NCBI RefSeq assembly: GCF_009914755.1
Contig: NC_060943.1
Strand: one strand, 5' to 3'
DNA length: 64,000 nucleotides
From: the human T2T-CHM13v2.0 reference genome, Homo sapiens
A model generated the notes under the pieces. It ran no database searches. It was not told the origin of the DNA and saw only the letters and a list, made by a program, of their open reading frames with translations. Of the stretch, positions 55,372 through 64,000 are shown piece by piece (the first letter of the stretch is position 1; the number at the start of each line of letters is the position of its first letter). The position numbers were made by a program, and so were the translations under genes.

Positions 55372-57101
55372 TAGCCAAGCTGGTCTCGAACTCCTGACCT
55401 CAAGAAATCAGCCTGCCTTGGCCTCCCAAAGTGCTGGGATTACAGGCATGAGTCACCGCGTCTGGCCTCTTCCCATTTTTCTTGCAGCATCTGTAGGATT
55501 TCTCTTTCTCTCTGTCTCTCTCTCTCTTTTTTTTTTTTTTGGCCCTTCCTCCAAAACTTTTTCCAAATGGGCCTCTATGTGGCAATCTTTGTGAGGCCTC
55601 GTGAGCTTGAAGTTATTTTTTTTCAGGTTTTAAAAATAACTTTCATTGGCTGGGCACGGTGGCTCATGCCTGTAATTCCAGCACTTTGGGAGGGCTGAGG
55701 CAGGTGGATCACGAGGTCAGGAGTTCGAGACCAGCCTGGTCAACATGGTGAAACCCCGTCTCTACTAAATATACAAAAAATTAGCTGGATGTGGTGACTG
55801 GCGCCTGTAGTCCGAGCTACTCAGGAGGCTGAGGCAAAAGAATCACTTGAACCCGGGAGGCGGAGGTTGCAGTGAGCCAAGATCATGCCACTGTACTCCA
55901 GCCTGGGCGACAGATCTAGCTAGACTTTGTCTCAAAATAAATAAATAAATAAATAAAACTTTTATTTTTTTAAAGTTAATGTGTGCATTATAGGAAACCG
56001 AAAAACACAAGAAGCAAAGAACAAAATCATCCACAATCGCAAGCACTTTACAGTTTGACGTGTCCTTCTAGGCCCTATGTGTGTATAGACACATTTAATT
56101 TTATGGGATTGAGATCATTCAGTGTGTATCATGCTTTTTCACACATCATGAATATTTATCAATTCAAAATCCCCAAGCCATTTGAGTATTTTGATAACCA
56201 AGAATACACTACACCAGCTCAATCTGTTAGAAAAAATGTAATCCTGTCTTTCTTGGGACAAAAATTTCATAGAAGACAAAAATGGCAACAAGCCTGTAGA
56301 TGAAAGCATTGGCAGAGTTCGATTAAAATACTGCATTCCCTTAACGCTCAATTTAAATGAAGTTATTTTTTGTAAAGTCTTCATTGATTGACAATTCAGT
56401 TGTAAATTTCTTGGTTCACAATTCTTCCCCTTCAATATTTTACTTCCTGGTCTATTTGCATCCAGGGTTGCTACAAAGAAATTTGATGTCAGTTTGAACC
56501 TTGTTCCTTTGCAGATAATCTGATCTTTCTCTCTAGAAGCCTCTCTCTTTCATTCCCTCTCCTTCCCTTTCTATATATCTATATATCCATGTATCAGCTT
56601 TCTCAGCCTATTTGCATGCACGTGGGCCAAATATGGCTATTCCAGCCCAATATTACACTTCCTCAGTTCAAGCAGCCAGCAGGGTTTGACCAGATGCTCT
56701 CAGTTTTAGTTCCAAATTCCTTGAAAGGAGAAGCTGATTGGCTTAGCTTGGATCTGGTATACACTCTGGGTCTAATTAACCATGACCGAAAGGAGGGTCA
56801 TGGCTGCTAGGCTCACTCCTCTGGGGGAAGGGACAAATCTTATAGAAGAGAGAATGGTGTGGTATTGATGATTCTGTCCCTTGTTCAGAGGCCAGATTTA
56901 TACCTGGCTCCTGTGCTTCCTGTCCAGCTACTGGTATGCAGTTGTACTGAGTGATGGCTCCTCTGAACATGGGTTTCTGTTCCCTGGACTCACTAACTCT
57001 CACAACTTTCACTTTTACTCCACATCAGCCACCCACACCCTGGAATGTATTACTCAGAATGATTTCCCTCTGAAAGTGTATGTATGTATGTATGTATTTA
57101 C

Positions 57102-57144
<43 letters not shown>

Positions 57145-57723
57145 TTGAGGCAAGGTCTCACTCTGTCACTCAGGCTGGAGTGCAGTGGCATGATCACAGT
57201 TCACTGCAGCCTCCAACTCCTGGGCTCAGGTGATCCTCCCACCCCAGCCTCCTGAGTAGCTGGGACCACAAACATGTACCACCACGCCAAGCTAGTTTTG
57301 TATTTTTTTTTTTTTGTAGAGATGGGTTTTGCCATGTTGCCCAGGCTAGTCTTGAACTCTTGGACTCAAGCAATCCACCTGCCTCAGCCTCCCAAAGTGC
57401 TGGGATTAGAGGTGTGAACCACTGCACCCAGGCCCCTCTGAAATTTTAAATTCAAGCTTCCCACTTCAAAAAATTTTTTTGAAACAGTTTGTTTCCCAGG
57501 CTGGAGTACGGTGGCACAATCACTGCTCACTGCGGCCTGGACCTCCGGGCTCAGGCAGTCTTGCCTCAGCTTCCCAAATAGCTGGGACTACAGGCACGTG
57601 CCACCACGCCCCGCTAATGTTTGTATTTTTGGTAGAGATGGAGCTTTGCTGTGGCCCAAGCTGATACTGAACGCCTGGGCTCAAGCAATCTGCCTGCCCC
57701 GGCCTCCCAAAGTGCTGCAAGCT

Positions 57724-58691
57724 TGTGGGGAAAAGCAAGAGAGATCAGATTGTTACTGTGTCTGTGTAGAAAGAAGTAGACATAGGAGACTCCATTTTGT
57801 TATGTACTAAGAAAAATTCTTCTGCCTTGAGATTCTGTTAATCTATGACCTTACCCCCAACCCCGTGCTCTCTGAAACATGTGCTGTGTCAACTCAGAGT
57901 TGAATGGATTAAGGGCGGTGCAGGATGTGCTTTGTTAAACAGATGCTTGAAGGCAGCATGCTCCTTAAGAGTCATCACCACTCCCTAATCTCAAGTACCC
58001 AGGGACACAAAAACTGCGGAAGGCCGCAGGGACCTCTGCCTAGGAAAGCCAGGTATTGTCCAAGGTTTCTCCCCATGTGATAGTCTGAAATATGGCCTCG
58101 TGGGAAGGGAAAGACCTGACCATCCCCCAGCCCGACACCCGTAAAGGGTCTGTGCTGAGGAGGATTAGTAAAAGAGGAAGGAATGCCTCTTGCAGTTGAG
58201 ACAAGAGGAAGGCATCTGTCTCCTGCCTGTCCCTGGGCAATGGAATGTCTCGGTATAAAACCCGATTGTATGCTCCATCTACTGAGATAGGGAAAAACCG
58301 CCTTAGGGCTGGAGGTGGGACCTGCGGGCAGCAATACTGCTTTGTAAAGCACTGAGATGTTTATGTGTATGCATATCTAAAAGCACAGCACTTAATCCTT
58401 TACATTGTCTATGATGCCAAGACCTTTGTTCACGTGTTTGTCTGCTGACCCTCTCCCCACAATTGTCTTGTGACCCTGACACATCCCCCTCTTTGAGAAA
58501 CACCCACAGATGATCAATAAATACTAAGGGAACTCAGAGGCTGGCGGGATCCTCCATATGCTGAACGCTGGTTCCCCGGGTCCCCTTATTTCTTTCTCTA
58601 TACTTTGTCTCTGTGTCTTTTTCTTTTCCAAATCTCTCGTCCCACCTTACGAGAAACACCCACAGGTGTGTAGGGGCAACCCACCCCTACA
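57724..58691 (+). mobile_element. HERV-K(HML-2) solo LTR, LTR5_Hs-type, 968 bp
   Basis: TGTGGGGAAAAGCAAGAGAG...CCACCCCTACA; perfect 6-bp TSD CAAGCT (57718-57723 and 58692-58697); TATAAAA at 58254; AATAAA at 58516. Confidence 0.95.
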
Positions 58692-59259
58692 CAAGCTTCC
58701 AACTTTTTGACCATAACCACAAGCGACCCTTCTGTCACAGCCTCCCAAGTAGATGAGACTACAGGCACATGCTACCACACCTTTCTAACTAAGGTCTCTC
58801 CTTATCCAAGTCTAAACTTGTTTTGAATTGACAACATTCACTGCTCTTGCACTTTGCAGGCTTCCTACACTCCTGGAGAATATTGTACTCCTTGGAGATC
58901 ATTGCCCTACAAAAATCAAGTTTCTTCTTACTCCCTTCACACTCCCAGATAGTAACTTTTTACTTCACTCTAAAAATAGAATGTGGGTCAGATCCAGTGG
59001 CTCACACCTGTAATCACTAGCACTTTGGGTGGCTGAGGCAGGAGGATTGCTTGAGGCCAGGGGTTTGAGACCAGCCTGGTAAACATGGCGAGACCCTGTC
59101 TCTATAAAAATAGAAAAACATAGCCGAGCATGGTGGTGCACGCTTGTAGTCCCAGCTACTCGGGAAGCTGACGTGGAAGGATCACAGGAGTTCAAGGCTG
59201 TAATGAGCTATGATCACGGCACTGCACTCCAGTCTGGGTGATAGAGCAAGACCCTGACA

Positions 59260-59428
59260 AGAAACAAAAGAAAAGAAAAGAAAGAAGGAAGGAAGGGAGG
59301 GAGGGAGGGAAAGGGCGAAGGGAGAAGGGAGGAAGGAAGGAAGGAAAGAAGGAAGGAAGCAAAGAGAGAGAGACAGAAAGAAAGAAAGAAAAAGAAAAAA
59401 GAAAGAAAAAGGAAAGAAAAAGAAGGAG
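59260..59428 (+). repeat. (GAAA/GGAA)n purine tract
   Basis: Direct inspection. Confidence 0.85.
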
Positions 59429-59476
59429 TGGCTTGGGAAAAAATAGAATGTATTAGTTGGGAACTTGCTTAACTTG

Positions 59477-60331
59477 TGACAACTAAAATGAGTGATTGAG
59501 GCATAAGTCTCAAATCATGGAGGTTTATTGAGCCATCTTGAGAATCAGTAAACATGAGTCACAGAAACATCTGTGGCTGTTTGGAGAATCTCCAAAGAGC
59601 CTACAAAGAGGTTCTCAGGAGGTTTAGTGTTTATACGTTTTCCTTAAAGGCGGAGGTGGGGGAGGCCCACAGTAAGACAAATGATTACATAATTGTGAGA
59701 CTTTAGTTAGTGCCCAGTAAATCTACATTTTACATAAGACAAGGTGTACATTTGAAGAAAAAGGGAATAGGAAGCATGTCTCAGGAAGGGGTGAAGGAAT
59801 CAAAAAGGATTACTCTTGTCTTTGTTCTGTACCAGGTAAGATAAGCCAGTAGTCTTTTGAAAGGGCTGGTTTAGGGCCAGGTGCGGTGGCTCATGCCTGT
59901 AATCCCAAAAATTTGGGAGGGCAACGTGGGCAGATCACTTGAGCCCAAGAGTCCAAGACCAGCCTGGGCAACATGGCAAAACCCTGTCTCTACTAAAGAT
60001 ACAAAGAAACTAGCCAGGAGGCTGAGGTGGGAAGATCACCTGAGCCAGGGAGGTCAAGGCCACAGTGATCCATGATTGTGCCACTGCCCTTCAACCTGAG
60101 CAACAGAGGGAGACCCTGTCTCAAAAAATGGAGGGAAGCAGGGAGTTCTGTTTAGCCCTTAGGGAAGAAAGGCTAATGACTGGTAGCGAAGGAGGGGGTA
60201 TAACAAGGCCTCTCTGATCTCCCATCTTATTATGGCCATGAACTCAGCTTCCAAGGTTTCTGTGGGGTTCCCTTGGCCAAGATGGGGTCCATTCAGTCCA
60301 TTGGAGACTAGAATTTTATTTTTATTTCTCA
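59477..60331 (-). mobile_element. ERV1 LTR (MER39/MER4-group-like; family uncertain) with Alu insertion
   Basis: Reverse complement starts tgagaaataaaataaaattctag...gactgaatggacccc...ttggccaaggg. Confidence 0.5.
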
Positions 60332-60374
60332 TTTGTCACAGCTACAAACTTTCCTATCTTTTCTTATTCCCCCA

Positions 60375-61121
<747 letters not shown>

Positions 61122-61304
61122 CCCCTCACTACGCTGGAAAGGTACATCCCTGTCCCCTTGTCTAAAGCTAATTCTTCCACCTGGAGTCTGGACCCCATTC
61201 TCTCTTGCTTTATCAGGGACCTGGCTTATCCCAGTATTCCCCTGTTCATCCTACGCCTTCAAGCTTACCATCTCCATGATTTGGCCACGTCAGCATGACA
61301 AACA

Positions 61305-61752
61305 TGACAGAGCAGGAGTATCACCACCTTGGCCAAGCACTGTCGTTTTAAGTTTACCTTGATTAAAAACTGCCTAAATCCAAAGGGCATCAGCCTAATG
61401 GCTAAGGTCAGCATGACCATAAACCACAAATAACATCTCCGACCAGACACATTCCAGACTCCTCCCTGACCAGAGACATGCCAGCCCCAAGATAACCTCC
61501 CTGCCAGCTGGAGAGATGTCAGCCCCAAGATAACCTTCCCTCCAACTAGAGACATTCCAACCCCACCATAAACTTCTCCCCGACACAGAAACATTCCAAG
61601 CTCTCTCACCAATAAACACTTAGTCTGTAATAGAGCACGCTCCTGACTGAAATCAGCCAGAAGCCCCTCTCAGGTTTATTGCTCCAAAATAAACCTGTCT
61701 TGACTGTTGAGTGCTTTTCATGTTTCTTCCCTCTCTCTTTATTTAACTCTTT
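61305..61752 (+). mobile_element. LTR15-like solo LTR
   Basis: tgacagagcaggag...aaatccaaagggcatcagcctaatggctaaggtcagcatgacc; internal agccccaagataacc repeats. Confidence 0.6.
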
Positions 61753-61806
61753 GTAGAGTTAAGGAAAGTGCTTTAACTTTCTTTGCTTAAGTGCTTAAGT
61801 ATCTCC

Positions 61807-63368
<1,562 letters not shown>

Positions 63369-63408
63369 TTAAATTGTCTTTTCTTCTTACCATCCATGGT
63401 GAGAAGGT

Positions 63409-64000
63409 GTGTTAGTGAAGCAGCCTTGTAGTCTGGAGTAACACCCAAGGTTCCTTGTCTCACAGCCACAGGAACAAGAATGCAGACACACAAAGAGTGA
63501 GGTTGAGAGTGGAAGTTTACTAAGCGAAAGAAAGAAAATAGCTCTCTGCTGCAGAGAGGGGTCCTGGAAAAATGGGTTGCCCAATCCATAGTGAAACGCA
63601 GGGGTTTTATAGGTGATCTGGTGAGAAGATGGTGTCTGATTTACATAGGGCATGAAAAACTGATTGGATCAGGTGTGCCATTGGCATAGGCGTGAATCTT
63701 CGGTAACCCCAGCCTGATCTTTTATCATGCAGGTGGGTTCTCTGCCTAGACTGTGCTATGTTGCCCATTTCTTTATTGCTGTACAGGTGGTAACAAAAAA
63801 AGGGAAGATGGAGCCTCCATGTTGGACATGCCTGGCCCCATATAGCCCTTTTCTGTTGGCCCTGCTGCTGGCATTCCCCCATGCAAACTTCTAGCTTCCT
63901 TATTTATGTTTGCAGCTCGATTTTTCAAGCTGCTCTTTGTTTAGAAAAGAAATGATTTGGGGGCTGCTTTTTGTTAGAAAAGAAATTCTGCCGAGGACTC
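63409..64000 (-). mobile_element. MER50-like LTR running off the window edge
   Basis: tgttagtgaagcagcc...ggaagtttactaagcgaaagaaag...ggtcctggaaaaatgggttgcc. Confidence 0.55.

Overview
Human/hominid genomic DNA, very rich in Alu and LTR elements. The content fits the 19q13 KRAB-ZNF/WDR87 neighbourhood; that placement is from my recall, not a lookup. Main features: (1) a bidirectional CpG-island promoter (~8.7-9.45 kb) leading into a + strand KRAB gene remnant with an ATG exon, a damaged KRAB-A exon and an intact KRAB-B exon, but no zinc-finger exon in the window. (2) A convergent - strand, intron-containing WDR87 paralogue (likely WDR87BP). I reconstruct five coding exons with canonical, phase-consistent splice sites: about 4.0 kb of coding sequence broken by a single frameshift at ~21208 and ending abruptly at ~15615, about 170 bp from the KRAB-B exon. 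(3) A full-length L1PA2-type LINE-1 (29042-35070) with ORF1 R49*, an intact 1275-aa ORF2 and an ORF0 whose ATG is now ACG. Its antisense promoter points into the first coding exon of the WDR87 paralogue. (4) A second CpG island at ~46.6-47.6 kb. (5) A 968-bp HERV-K(HML-2) LTR5_Hs-type solo LTR, a MER11 solo LTR, Tigger1/Tigger3/MER44 DNA transposons, a run of ERV1 LTRs at 59-64 kb and dozens of Alus. The most interesting reading is an old WDR87 duplicate that appears to have been inactivated only recently, a probable deletion that removed the 3' ends of both convergent genes, and a young L1 that could supply an AUG-free leader to the paralogue.
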